Source: a virus. Taken from it: a stretch of 64,000 bases of DNA. Positions 8,175-15,034 of this stretch are shown here, one piece after another. Each line of letters begins with the position of its first letter. The first letter of the stretch is position 1. A program made the position numbers and the translations under genes. The DNA lies in the IMG/VR virus record IMGVR_UViG_3300046170_000299. One strand, written 5' to 3'. The notes beneath the pieces were generated by a model. That model had not been told where the DNA came from, did no database searches, and saw nothing but the letters and a program-made list of their open reading frames with translations.

Positions 8175-8245
8175 AAACTCAGTTTTTTGACTTTTTGAGT
8201 TTTTTGGGAATCTCACTTTTCTTAAAAAGTCAAAAAACTGAGTTT
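8175..8245. repeat. perfect 22-bp inverted repeat with 27-nt spacer
   Basis: AAACTCAGTTTTTTGACTTTTT (8175-8196) and AAAAAGTCAAAAAACTGAGTTT (8224-8245). Confidence 0.9.
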
Positions 8246-8274
8246 TTAAGATTTTTATAAAATTAAACTTTAAG

Positions 8275-8511
8275 ATGTTTGTGAAAACTTACGAAAACCT
8301 TGATAGTTCAGCTATTAATACACTGAAAGTAGATAAAAGTGTAGTATATGTTACATATCAGAGTAATATTGACAAAACTTATGAATTTAGCTGTGAGAAT
8401 ACAGTAGATTTCAATGAATTAGTGTCAAATACTCTCAATAATAAAGAATCTATTGGTAAACTAGTTAATAGTAGTATTAAAGAAGGTAAACTAGTTGATA
8501 TCACTAAATAA
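8275..8511 (+). CDS. KTSC-domain-like small protein
   Basis: SSAI…V.Y…KTYEF…ESIGKLVNSSIK follows the KTSC pattern (SSxI…Y.Y…S.G…N..IK). Confidence 0.55.
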   Translation: MFVKTYENLDSSAINTLKVDKSVVYVTYQSNIDKTYEFSCENTVDFNELVSNTLNNKESIGKLVNSSIKEGKLVDITK

Positions 8512-8547
8512 ATCACGTATTTGCGGTATAACAACCAATTCTAATCA

Positions 8548-8703
8548 ATGGGCAAGCGTCATCAAGGCGACAAGACTAAGTACAATTTAATAAATGATGA
8601 TTTTGAAGACTTTGGATATGATGTAAAGAATATTAGGAGATCACATAAGAAAAAGGTAGCAAAATTTAAACGAGAAGTCAATGAGTATGATGACAGTTTC
8701 TAA
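8548..8703 (+). CDS. 51 aa charged protein MGKRHQGDKTKYNLINDDFEDFGYDVKNIRRSHKKKVAKFKREVNEYDDSF
   Basis: Hand-translated; late-type TAAATA at 8505-8510 upstream. Confidence 0.65.
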   Translation: MGKRHQGDKTKYNLINDDFEDFGYDVKNIRRSHKKKVAKFKREVNEYDDSF

Positions 8704-8746
8704 ACTGTCTACTATTGCTCCCATTTCTAACCCGATCGTGTATGAT
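8690..8746 (+). promoter_or_regulatory. palindrome-plus-promoter early cassette copy
   Basis: GACAGTTT-CT-AAACTGTC (8692-8709); TG-extended TATGAT 8741-8746. Confidence 0.6.
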
Positions 8747-8768
8747 GTATACATGTTCGGGTTTTTTT

Positions 8769-8933
8769 ATGGATTCAATTGATTTTCTCACTGTTGTTTA
8801 TGAAGACTATTGCACTAAGCATAGTTTACCATATGTCTCAGCAGATGAGCAGGACACAGAGGACATGGATCAGAAACATGTTGAATGGTTAACATCGTTT
8901 AATCAAATGTGGGAACTAAGTATCAACAACTAG
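8769..8933 (+). CDS. hypothetical protein (MDSIDFLTVVYEDYC…)
   Basis: ORF track 8715..8933; ATG 8769 (or 8753 if the T7 run is overcalled). Confidence 0.6.
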   Translation: MDSIDFLTVVYEDYCTKHSLPYVSADEQDTEDMDQKHVEWLTSFNQMWELSINN

Positions 8934-8943
8934 TCAGCTGACC

Positions 8944-9001
8944 TGACCAGTTGACTAAGTGTCCACTAGTGGCACCACACCTACTCATCATCCCTTATAA
9001 T
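8944..9001 (+). promoter_or_regulatory. palindrome-plus-promoter early cassette copy
   Basis: TGACCAGTTGACTAAGTGTCCAC(TAGTGGCAC); TATAAT 8996-9001. Confidence 0.75.
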
Positions 9002-9007
9002 AAACAC

Positions 9008-9271
9008 ATGCACAACTTCACAGACTTCATCGACTATGTTTTCTCATTTTATGGGGACGGCGGTCTCTACGATCAGAAACGCACAAAGGAGCAGATTGCC
9101 TTTGCCCTTTTTACTTATCTTGACGAGTGTAACGACTCTATGTCATGGGGTGACGGTGACAGTTTAGACCGTGAGAGGGTCAGGGATTACATGAACGACA
9201 TTTATGGTCCAGTGCCCGTGATCGCTCATCCCCATCATTTCACAGATGGCGTCAAAATCCTTAGCTGCTAA
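9008..9271 (+). CDS. hypothetical early protein (MHNFTDFIDYVFSFYG…GDGDSLDRERVRD)
   Basis: ATG 9008 at the predicted transcription start. Confidence 0.8.
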   Translation: MHNFTDFIDYVFSFYGDGGLYDQKRTKEQIAFALFTYLDECNDSMSWGDGDSLDRERVRDYMNDIYGPVPVIAHPHHFTDGVKILSC

Positions 9272-9327
9272 ACCAGTTCGACTAGTGGCACACATGGGGT
9301 CGCAATGGTCACCCCATGCCCTATAAT
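9270..9327 (+). promoter_or_regulatory. palindrome + stem-loop early promoter cassette
   Basis: AAACCAGTTCGACTAGTGGCAC; CATGGGGT/ACCCCATG stem over -35; TATAAT 9322-9327. Confidence 0.8.
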
Positions 9328-9333
9328 AAAGAC

Positions 9334-9531
9334 ATGAACAAAACAACTTACTACGTTGCCTGTCCTGCACTGGGCGAAAGCGAGACCACATCCGATCTCG
9401 ACAAAGCGATGGACCTTTGCTATTCCATGCATGACGAGTCCGATTCCTATGCTTACATCCGAGATTCACTAGGTGAGATCGTCGGTGAGTATGGTGACAT
9501 CATGGAAGCAGTTGAGCAAGGGATCATCTGA
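9334..9531 (+). CDS. acidic hypothetical early protein (MNKTTYYVACP…)
   Basis: ATG 9334 six nt after TATAAT. Confidence 0.8.
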   Translation: MNKTTYYVACPALGESETTSDLDKAMDLCYSMHDESDSYAYIRDSLGEIVGEYGDIMEAVEQGII

Positions 9532-9587
9532 CCAGTTGACAAACTGTCACTCATCCTATTGCATAGGGTGGGCGGCTGACCTATTAT
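9529..9587 (+). promoter_or_regulatory. palindrome + stem-loop early promoter cassette
   Basis: TGACCAGTTGACAAACTGTCAC; TTGCAT(9559-9564)-17-TATTAT(9582-9587). Confidence 0.75.
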
Positions 9588-9611
9588 TATTACATACATC
9601 ACACACATCAC

Positions 9612-9791
9612 ATGTCAACTTTACATCACGAAAATTTATTTGAATCATGCTTTGACCAGGCATGGGAGAATTTCAGGGTCCATAACAAGTTAACCGAAGA
9701 CGAATTAAATTGGTTAACCAACAACACCAGAGGAACGATAGACGCAATAGAGAGACAGGCACAAAGACTCTTCGATAGCTTGTGCCAATAA
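9612..9791 (+). CDS. 59 aa early protein MSTLHHENLFESCFDQAWENFRVHNKLTEDEL…
   Basis: Hand-translated; lies between two promoter cassettes. Confidence 0.75.
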   Translation: MSTLHHENLFESCFDQAWENFRVHNKLTEDELNWLTNNTRGTIDAIERQAQRLFDSLCQ

Positions 9792-9839
9792 TCAAAGTGG
9801 CACGGGGTGGGTTGCAAGGTCCACCCGATGCCCTATAAT
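9782..9839 (+). promoter_or_regulatory. palindrome + stem-loop early promoter cassette
   Basis: GTGCCAATAATCAAAGTGGCAC; GGGTGG/CCACCC stem around TTGCAA; TATAAT 9834-9839. Confidence 0.8.
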
Positions 9840-9868
9840 AAGAACATACCAAACAACACACATCACAC

Positions 9869-10180
9869 ATGCGCCAAATCGAATCTCAAATGAACAACGC
9901 AATCAGAACAAAGTCTGATTTCTGCAAAGCAAACACCATGGTAAGGATCGAGGACGGTTATGCCTTTGTCTACCTACACGGGAACCACATCGCAACGATT
10001 GCAGATGATGGCGCTTTGACTCTCTTTGATGGCGGTTGGCAGTCTAACACCACAAAGAGCAGACTCAACGCACTCTGTGACGAGTTCGCCAGAGGTTGCG
10101 GCGTATTCCAGAAGAACTGGGAATGGTTCGTCTCGACTCGCTCAGGTACAATTGATTTCGCCAACGGGGTGACAGTCTGA
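9869..10180 (+). CDS. conserved phage early protein (YLHGNHIA…DGGWQSNTTKSRLNAL family)
   Basis: Motif recalled from widespread phage hypothetical proteins. Confidence 0.8.
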   Translation: MRQIESQMNNAIRTKSDFCKANTMVRIEDGYAFVYLHGNHIATIADDGALTLFDGGWQSNTTKSRLNALCDEFARGCGVFQKNWEWFVSTRSGTIDFANGVTV

Positions 10181-10226
10181 GTAGTGGCACAGGAGGGGTA
10201 CACAAGTCCCCTCGCTGCCCTATAAT
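10169..10226 (+). promoter_or_regulatory. palindrome + stem-loop early promoter cassette
   Basis: GTGACAGTCTGAGTAGTGGCAC; GAGGGG/CCCCTC stem; TATAAT 10221-10226. Confidence 0.8.
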
Positions 10227-10253
10227 AAGAACATACATCACACAGCACACATC

Positions 10254-10559
10254 ATGAAAAGAATTGAAATCGCAATGGGTCGCAACATTCCAGACAGCGG
10301 CACCGTGTCCGATGCAATGATGAACGAGTTCATTAAGTCTGACATCATGCCCCTTTTTGACTATGGGACGTTCATCGACGGCGAGGGGTTCTGGAAAGGT
10401 GAATTTGAAAAGACCAAAATCTTTTACATCGAACTGGAGGACAGAGAGGTTCAGGCAATGATGCCAAAGTTTGAGCAGATCGCTGCAGCATACAAAAAAG
10501 CATTCAGGCAGGATGCAGTCATGATTTCACAAGTCCAAACCGAGTACGCCTTCACATGA
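10254..10559 (+). CDS. DUF3574-like protein, possible phage SAM lyase
   Basis: MGRNIP…IMPLFDYG (cf. TPRF.DG)…GEGFWKGEFEK…YKKAFRQDAV. Confidence 0.6.
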   Translation: MKRIEIAMGRNIPDSGTVSDAMMNEFIKSDIMPLFDYGTFIDGEGFWKGEFEKTKIFYIELEDREVQAMMPKFEQIAAAYKKAFRQDAVMISQVQTEYAFT

Positions 10560-10723
10560 CAACCAGGCAACTGAAGAAGATAGCTAAGGTCCACGGATGG
10601 ACCTTAGAACGTCATGGCGGTAATCATTTTGTTTACCGTCGCGGTCCCGATCGGGTGACCGTCCCATATGCCGCCCGTGGGTTCGTAGGGCACAACATCG
10701 CAAAACAACTCCTCAAGACATGA
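10556..10723 (+). CDS. hicA: HicA-like (dsRBD-fold mRNA interferase) protein, 55 aa
   Basis: MTTRQLKKIAKVHGWTLERHGGNHFVYRRGPDRVTVPY: GW-x-L-x-R-x2-G-x-H…VTVP HicA signature; below ORF-track cutoff. Confidence 0.7.
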   Translation: MTTRQLKKIAKVHGWTLERHGGNHFVYRRGPDRVTVPYAARGFVGHNIAKQLLKT

Positions 10724-10764
10724 GCCACTATTCTATGCCGTATCTCCCCTCGGTTGGATCTATT

Positions 10765-10823
10765 GCGCCAGCTCGGGAACTGTCACTTGCCATGGCCACA
10801 GCTCGTGGTCTAGCCGCTATAAT
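10765..10823 (+). promoter_or_regulatory. palindrome-plus-promoter early cassette copy
   Basis: GCGCCAGCTCGGGAACTGTCAC; TATAAT 10818-10823. Confidence 0.7.
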
Positions 10824-10846
10824 TAGAACAACAACAAACAAAACAC

Positions 10847-11068
10847 ATGCAAACGACTTGGGCAGTTCAGCCAGCATCATTCGCAAACTTCGATGAGCAC
10901 GGCTGCATCTATTGCGCCACCATCGACACAGCGTACAAAATCGCATCTCAGCAAAGGGGTGATCAAATGATCTACCGCATCAACAACAACACGACCCCCA
11001 TCAAATGGGTCAGGGTATATGAGGGAGAAGCAGCTGTGACAGCTCAGGATCTGTCCCACCTCGTATAG
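10847..11068 (+). CDS. hypothetical early protein
   Basis: ORF behind promoter cassette. Confidence 0.75.
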   Translation: MQTTWAVQPASFANFDEHGCIYCATIDTAYKIASQQRGDQMIYRINNNTTPIKWVRVYEGEAAVTAQDLSHLV

Positions 11069-11093
11069 ACTTCGCCCCGTCATCCCCTATAAT
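11036..11093 (+). promoter_or_regulatory. degenerate palindrome-plus-promoter cassette
   Basis: GTGACAG-CTCAGGAT-CTGTCCCAC; TATAAT 11088-11093. Confidence 0.65.
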
Positions 11094-11099
11094 AAAGAC

Positions 11100-11297
11100 A
11101 TGACAAACAAACTCACCAAATCATCAGACGGCATGTTCTTCCACAACGAGAACCCCTCCCCTCTCATGCAAAAGGTCATGGACAACATCCGCCAACAGAT
11201 GGCAGCAGAGCAGACACACCGTGAAAGGGTAAGAGCAGGACTCGAACCTGCCAACGGTGGACAGATCACGTACTGGAACATCAGCGATCGCCACTGA
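11100..11297 (+). CDS. hypothetical early protein
   Basis: ATG six nt after TATAAT. Confidence 0.75.
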   Translation: MTNKLTKSSDGMFFHNENPSPLMQKVMDNIRQQMAAEQTHRERVRAGLEPANGGQITYWNISDRH

Positions 11298-11316
11298 CCC
11301 CAGCACCCTCTATAAT
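11257..11316 (+). promoter_or_regulatory. degenerate palindrome-plus-promoter cassette
   Basis: GTGGACAGATCACGTACTGGAAC; TATAAT 11311-11316. Confidence 0.6.
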
Positions 11317-11340
11317 AAAGACATCAACCACACATCACAC

Positions 11341-11586
11341 ATGACCACAGCAACTGACACCACTTACAACGGATGGGCGAACTACGAGACATGGAACGTC
11401 GCCCTATGGATAGGCAATGACGAGACCATCTACCGTCACGCTCGCATCAACCGCAACCTAGGATACAGACGCTGGGCAAAGCGATTCATCGATGAGTTCG
11501 GTGAGTACATCACAGGCGACGGCGTGGCATGGTTGCACGACGACATCGACACAGACGAGATGGACGAAATGCTGGAAGAACTCTAG
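11341..11586 (+). CDS. conserved phage protein (YNGWxNYETWNVALW family)
   Basis: Recognisable motif; start ATG 11341. Confidence 0.8.
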   Translation: MTTATDTTYNGWANYETWNVALWIGNDETIYRHARINRNLGYRRWAKRFIDEFGEYITGDGVAWLHDDIDTDEMDEMLEEL

Positions 11587-11674
11587 GGCACACGCCCTAG
11601 GCAGGGCACGGGTTGCGTTCAATCGCATTTAAGTCGAACCTCCGTAAGACCTAGGGCATGTGTGATAACAGACA

Positions 11675-11701
11675 GGGGGGCAGTGATGCGCCCCCTTTTT
11701 T
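11675..11701 (+). terminator. rho-independent terminator ending the early cluster
   Basis: GGGGGGCA-GTGA-TGCGCCCCC (bulged stem, GNRA loop) followed by T6. Confidence 0.75.
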
Positions 11702-11822
11702 ATGCCCTTATATGCGCCAAGCGGTTTCCAAAATCCATGGGTCCCTCCTAACCTACAAAAGTATCCAGACGAGCGATAAATATATTTGAAAGGTCGTTTT
11801 AAAAAAATTCCCCCAGAAAAAA

Positions 11823-12071
11823 ATGCCCCAAAAAGTCGATTATAGTGATTACGATAAAATTCTAGAGAACTTTGACGAGTTCTGCGACGAGTTTGAGTCG
11901 AGAGCATCCAATTCATTCATGAGAGGTGATAACAATGAAGGACGAGTTAATGGAGAGGTTGAACGAGTTGGAGAGGACGTGCCTGTGGCAGTCCGAGAGG
12001 TTAAACAGCTTGGAGCAGAGGATCTCGCAGCTAGAGAATCCGTCGTTGATGTACAAGCGACCAACGGGTGA
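11823..12071 (+). CDS. acidic hypothetical protein
   Basis: ORF track; late-type ATAAATA at 11776-11782. Confidence 0.65.
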   Translation: MPQKVDYSDYDKILENFDEFCDEFESRASNSFMRGDNNEGRVNGEVERVGEDVPVAVREVKQLGAEDLAARESVVDVQATNG

Positions 12072-12165
12072 GGATTACGAGACTGTTGCACAGACACTCG
12101 ATTATCTACACAATAATGTCGAAGGACTCAAAGGGGATCTACTCAAGATAGCAAAAGCAGTCTAA
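11926..12165 (+). CDS. coiled-coil hypothetical protein
   Basis: ORF track; TAATG coupling to 12165. Confidence 0.65.
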   Translation: MITMKDELMERLNELERTCLWQSERLNSLEQRISQLENPSLMYKRPTGEDYETVAQTLDYLHNNVEGLKGDLLKIAKAV

Positions 12166-13082
12166 TGCCGATTATCGAGAACAATGCAATAACAGTAGGT
12201 CCATGGCCATTGCCGATGACTTTGTTGCGTTCTGATGTTTTAGCAAATATCACAACACCTGGTGTAGGTGCGTATGAGTTACGTCCGCTACCCTTTGAGA
12301 ATATGGGAGAGGCAATCCTAGAAGGTGATATTTCAGGACTGAATGATTATGTTGCACCTTATCAGGTATTCAAAGTCACTGTAACAGTCCTACCAGATGG
12401 CGACGAGACGATTCTAAGCGTTGCTTTCGATCCTACGGTAGGTGGACTACCATTACCAGTTACGACACCCTTTGCAGCGATTGTAGAGGAACCGAATCCT
12501 CAGACATTACCAAATAGGACAGGATCAGATAGACCACAGGTTATCACACCCAGTGCATTGTGGAGTCCTCCAGCAGTGAGTGAAGCAACTATTCAAAGTC
12601 TTGGAGGCACTAATACTGCCACGTTAGCTGGGTTTTATACTGAGAAAGCATTTTATGATCGTAGATGGATTCTGAAGTACCCCGATGGTGTTGCAAGGAT
12701 AGGATATGATGGTATCAGGTTTTTGCGTACTGCGGATATCCCTCAGGGTGTGGCATTAGAACCAGAGTTATTTGATGCTGCTCCTGTGATACCGAGTCCT
12801 ATCACACCATTGAATTGGTATCCTGCGACTAAGGCAGACGCCGAGATTTTAGATTCACCTTTGATGGCAGGATACTTATCAACATGTGAGGGGATAGTAT
12901 CTTATAAAGCGAGTGAGATTCGTAAGCTACGTTTCTTTTATAATATTATTATTGTAACTGATAAGGGTGTATCGTTTAGACCTGTGTTTATGACAGTACA
13001 GAATCAGATGAGGTGGGCGAAGAGTCGATTACAGTATGCACTAAATATCCCTAAAACGCCGACCAATTTTCTTTCAGTATGA
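12165..13082 (+). CDS. hypothetical, probably virion/baseplate-associated protein
   Basis: Pro-rich 305 aa ORF directly upstream of the PAAR gene. Confidence 0.65.
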   Translation: MPIIENNAITVGPWPLPMTLLRSDVLANITTPGVGAYELRPLPFENMGEAILEGDISGLNDYVAPYQVFKVTVTVLPDGDETILSVAFDPTVGGLPLPVTTPFAAIVEEPNPQTLPNRTGSDRPQVITPSALWSPPAVSEATIQSLGGTNTATLAGFYTEKAFYDRRWILKYPDGVARIGYDGIRFLRTADIPQGVALEPELFDAAPVIPSPITPLNWYPATKADAEILDSPLMAGYLSTCEGIVSYKASEIRKLRFFYNIIIVTDKGVSFRPVFMTVQNQMRWAKSRLQYALNIPKTPTNFLSV

Positions 13083-13474
13083 CATTAAGTACGATACCTG
13101 CTTTATATCATCCATTAGACTTAACTACTGGTCATGGACCATGGTGTCCTGTAGGGTTTATACCGATTGCACCAACACCAGCAGATGCGAAGGTGCCAGT
13201 ACCGACTGGAGCGAGTGCAAATGTGATCATTAACGGACGAAATGTACATAAAGTAGGTGATGTAACGTTACCACACTTTGCATTACTACCGATACCTGGT
13301 GATCTACACAGTGACACCATCGGTACAGGGTCTCCTACGGTCTTTGTGAACGGTACACCTATGGCAGTGGTCGGAAGTGTAGTTGCTTCTCCTGTAGGAG
13401 CATATGGAGGGGTCATTACAGGATATGGAGCATTGACTGTACAGGTTGACAGTAAGGGTGGTTCGATTATATAA
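13079..13474 (+). CDS. PAAR-domain baseplate spike tip protein (T4 gp5.4-like)
   Basis: TTGHG..CP, NVIING..VHKVGD…H, GSPTVFVNG.P.A.VG motifs. Confidence 0.85.
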   Translation: MTLSTIPALYHPLDLTTGHGPWCPVGFIPIAPTPADAKVPVPTGASANVIINGRNVHKVGDVTLPHFALLPIPGDLHSDTIGTGSPTVFVNGTPMAVVGSVVASPVGAYGGVITGYGALTVQVDSKGGSII

Positions 13475-13475
13475 T
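13446..13475 (+). promoter_or_regulatory. sigma70-type promoter
   Basis: TTGACA(13446-13451)-18 nt-TATAAT(13470-13475). Confidence 0.7.
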
Positions 13476-13498
13476 AGAAGAGTTAGTACGATTAAATT

Positions 13499-13645
13499 AT
13501 GGCGAAGATCAAGGCATCATTAAGTGGACAATCATTTGTGGAGGCGATTCCGAAGAGGAGTCGTCAAGGCACTGGAAAGCACACGAAGTATTCAGCAACA
13601 TCTAGGAACAAAGCAAAGAAGAGGTATCGCGGTCAAGGCAAGTAA
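13499..13645 (+). CDS. 48 aa highly basic protein MAKIKASLSGQSFVEAIPKRSRQGTGKHTKYSATSRNKAKKRYRGQGK
   Basis: Hand-translated; TAATG coupling to 13645. Confidence 0.75.
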   Translation: MAKIKASLSGQSFVEAIPKRSRQGTGKHTKYSATSRNKAKKRYRGQGK

Positions 13646-14169
13646 TGTCTGAGTACATCGAACCAATGTTTGCAGTCCCAATCTTTCATCTTTATACGAA
13701 GGATTGGGATAGTAAGAAAGAAGCTTTGCTTGATTTATCGAAAGCACAGGAATTCAAGAAAGATGTAGGTGAGTATGTTCCGAGTGACTTCAGAACACCT
13801 AAGGTCAAATGGGAAGACATTGAACCATTAATCAGAGATGAATTGCAGAAGTTCAAAGATCAAGTGAAGATTGATTTAGAGGTTGATGCATATTGGTTTG
13901 AGAAAGGTGGTAAAGGTGATCAGCATTTATTGCATAATCACGGAGCTACAGGATTTAGTGCGGTAATGTATATCGAATACGATCCAGAGGAGCATACACC
14001 AACTCAGTTTGTATGTCCTTTCAATAATGTGATTGGATGGGTAGATATATACTCACCCAGAGATATACAAAGTGGTTCGGTAATATTCTTCCCATCCTTT
14101 GTACATCACTACACATTACCTTGTGAGAGTGACAAAGAACGTCTGGTACTTTCTTGGAATATGAAATGA
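13645..14169 (+). CDS. putative 2OG-Fe(II) oxygenase
   Basis: HNHGATGFSAVMYI, FFPSFVHH, RLVLSWN. Confidence 0.8.
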   Translation: MSEYIEPMFAVPIFHLYTKDWDSKKEALLDLSKAQEFKKDVGEYVPSDFRTPKVKWEDIEPLIRDELQKFKDQVKIDLEVDAYWFEKGGKGDQHLLHNHGATGFSAVMYIEYDPEEHTPTQFVCPFNNVIGWVDIYSPRDIQSGSVIFFPSFVHHYTLPCESDKERLVLSWNMK

Positions 14170-14846
14170 ATTTAATTTGTAATTTACCTGCGGAAAAGGT
14201 ATGGGTACGTAAGGAATATCTACGCGATCATCAGGATGGTCACGGAGAATTTGTAGAAGGTGTCTGGGTATCTGCGAAAAGCATACCAGGACGCGCATTT
14301 TATTTTGAGACTTATCTACCTGCATATGGTGCAATGTATGATAAACTTCCTATAAGTGCATTTCTCCGAGCGCCGAAAACACCGACGCCCGATATGTCTC
14401 TAGAGAACCTACAATTCTGGAATTGTATGGATTATGGGGTCATGTGCATCAACAAGGGTTTTGTAAGCTCTATGGATGCAGAGATCTACACTCGTGACCA
14501 TGGTTTGATGAATGGTCAGTATTTGTTTACATTAGACAACTACCATGCGAATCCAGATGTGATAGATAATAATGTGAGTGAAGTTCCTCAAGAACATAAG
14601 TCGCATAATTGTATTGCATTAGAGAATGGTCAGTATGCATTGTATCCTAATAACAGGACACGATTCTATGACCTCTCTATCACGCCTGAGCACCCGACAT
14701 TCCCTGACTTTAAGGTTTCTACTATAGAATATCAAGTCGAGTCAGGAACAGACTGGGGACGTTTAGGTGACACTGATGAATATTTTTGGGAAACACATAA
14801 TGAACGAAAACAACGTAAGGAGACCACAGAAGATGGGCAACAGTAG
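14166..14846 (+). CDS. conserved marine phage hypothetical protein (KVWVRKEYLRDHQDGHGEFVEG…)
   Basis: ORF track; start ATG 14166. Confidence 0.8.
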   Translation: MNLICNLPAEKVWVRKEYLRDHQDGHGEFVEGVWVSAKSIPGRAFYFETYLPAYGAMYDKLPISAFLRAPKTPTPDMSLENLQFWNCMDYGVMCINKGFVSSMDAEIYTRDHGLMNGQYLFTLDNYHANPDVIDNNVSEVPQEHKSHNCIALENGQYALYPNNRTRFYDLSITPEHPTFPDFKVSTIEYQVESGTDWGRLGDTDEYFWETHNERKQRKETTEDGQQ

Positions 14847-15006
14847 AGTTGACAAATCAGAAGACTTCAAGAAGTCTGGTATGACACTTATTACTGAAGT
14901 TGAAAGTGATCGCTACATGCGTAAATCAGGAAAGAGGAAAGAAGTCCAAGAGGGCGAAATTTTTGACAATGATCTTGAATGGGCGGACGGATTTGTCGGT
15001 AAGTGA
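14833..15006 (+). CDS. small hypothetical protein (MGNSRVDKSEDF…)
   Basis: ORF track; start ATG 14833. Confidence 0.65.
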   Translation: MGNSRVDKSEDFKKSGMTLITEVESDRYMRKSGKRKEVQEGEIFDNDLEWADGFVGK

Positions 15007-15034
15007 TAAATAGAAACAGCCTTGCTGTGTCTAA

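Noticed and set aside
10720-10896. 58-codon ORF (MSHYSMPYLPSVGSIAPARELSLAMA…) ATGA-coupled to the HicA-like gene, as a possible HicB
   Set aside because: It runs through a promoter cassette and an AC-rich leader, overlaps the next gene, and lacks a clear HicB pattern; probably incidental.
8944-11316. Repeat-spacer-like periodicity suggesting a CRISPR array
   Set aside because: The repeats are degenerate, the spacers are 200-600-nt genes and each repeat is phased to a -10 box; this is a promoter cassette series.
11611-11640. TTCAAT-containing hairpin resembling a tRNA T-arm
   Set aside because: The loop is 6 nt and no acceptor stem, D arm or anticodon arm can be built; no tRNA gene was seen anywhere in the window.
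11629-11916. 95-aa minus-strand ORF across the early/late spacer
   Set aside because: It overlaps a terminator, a late promoter and a + strand gene, with no recognisable protein features.
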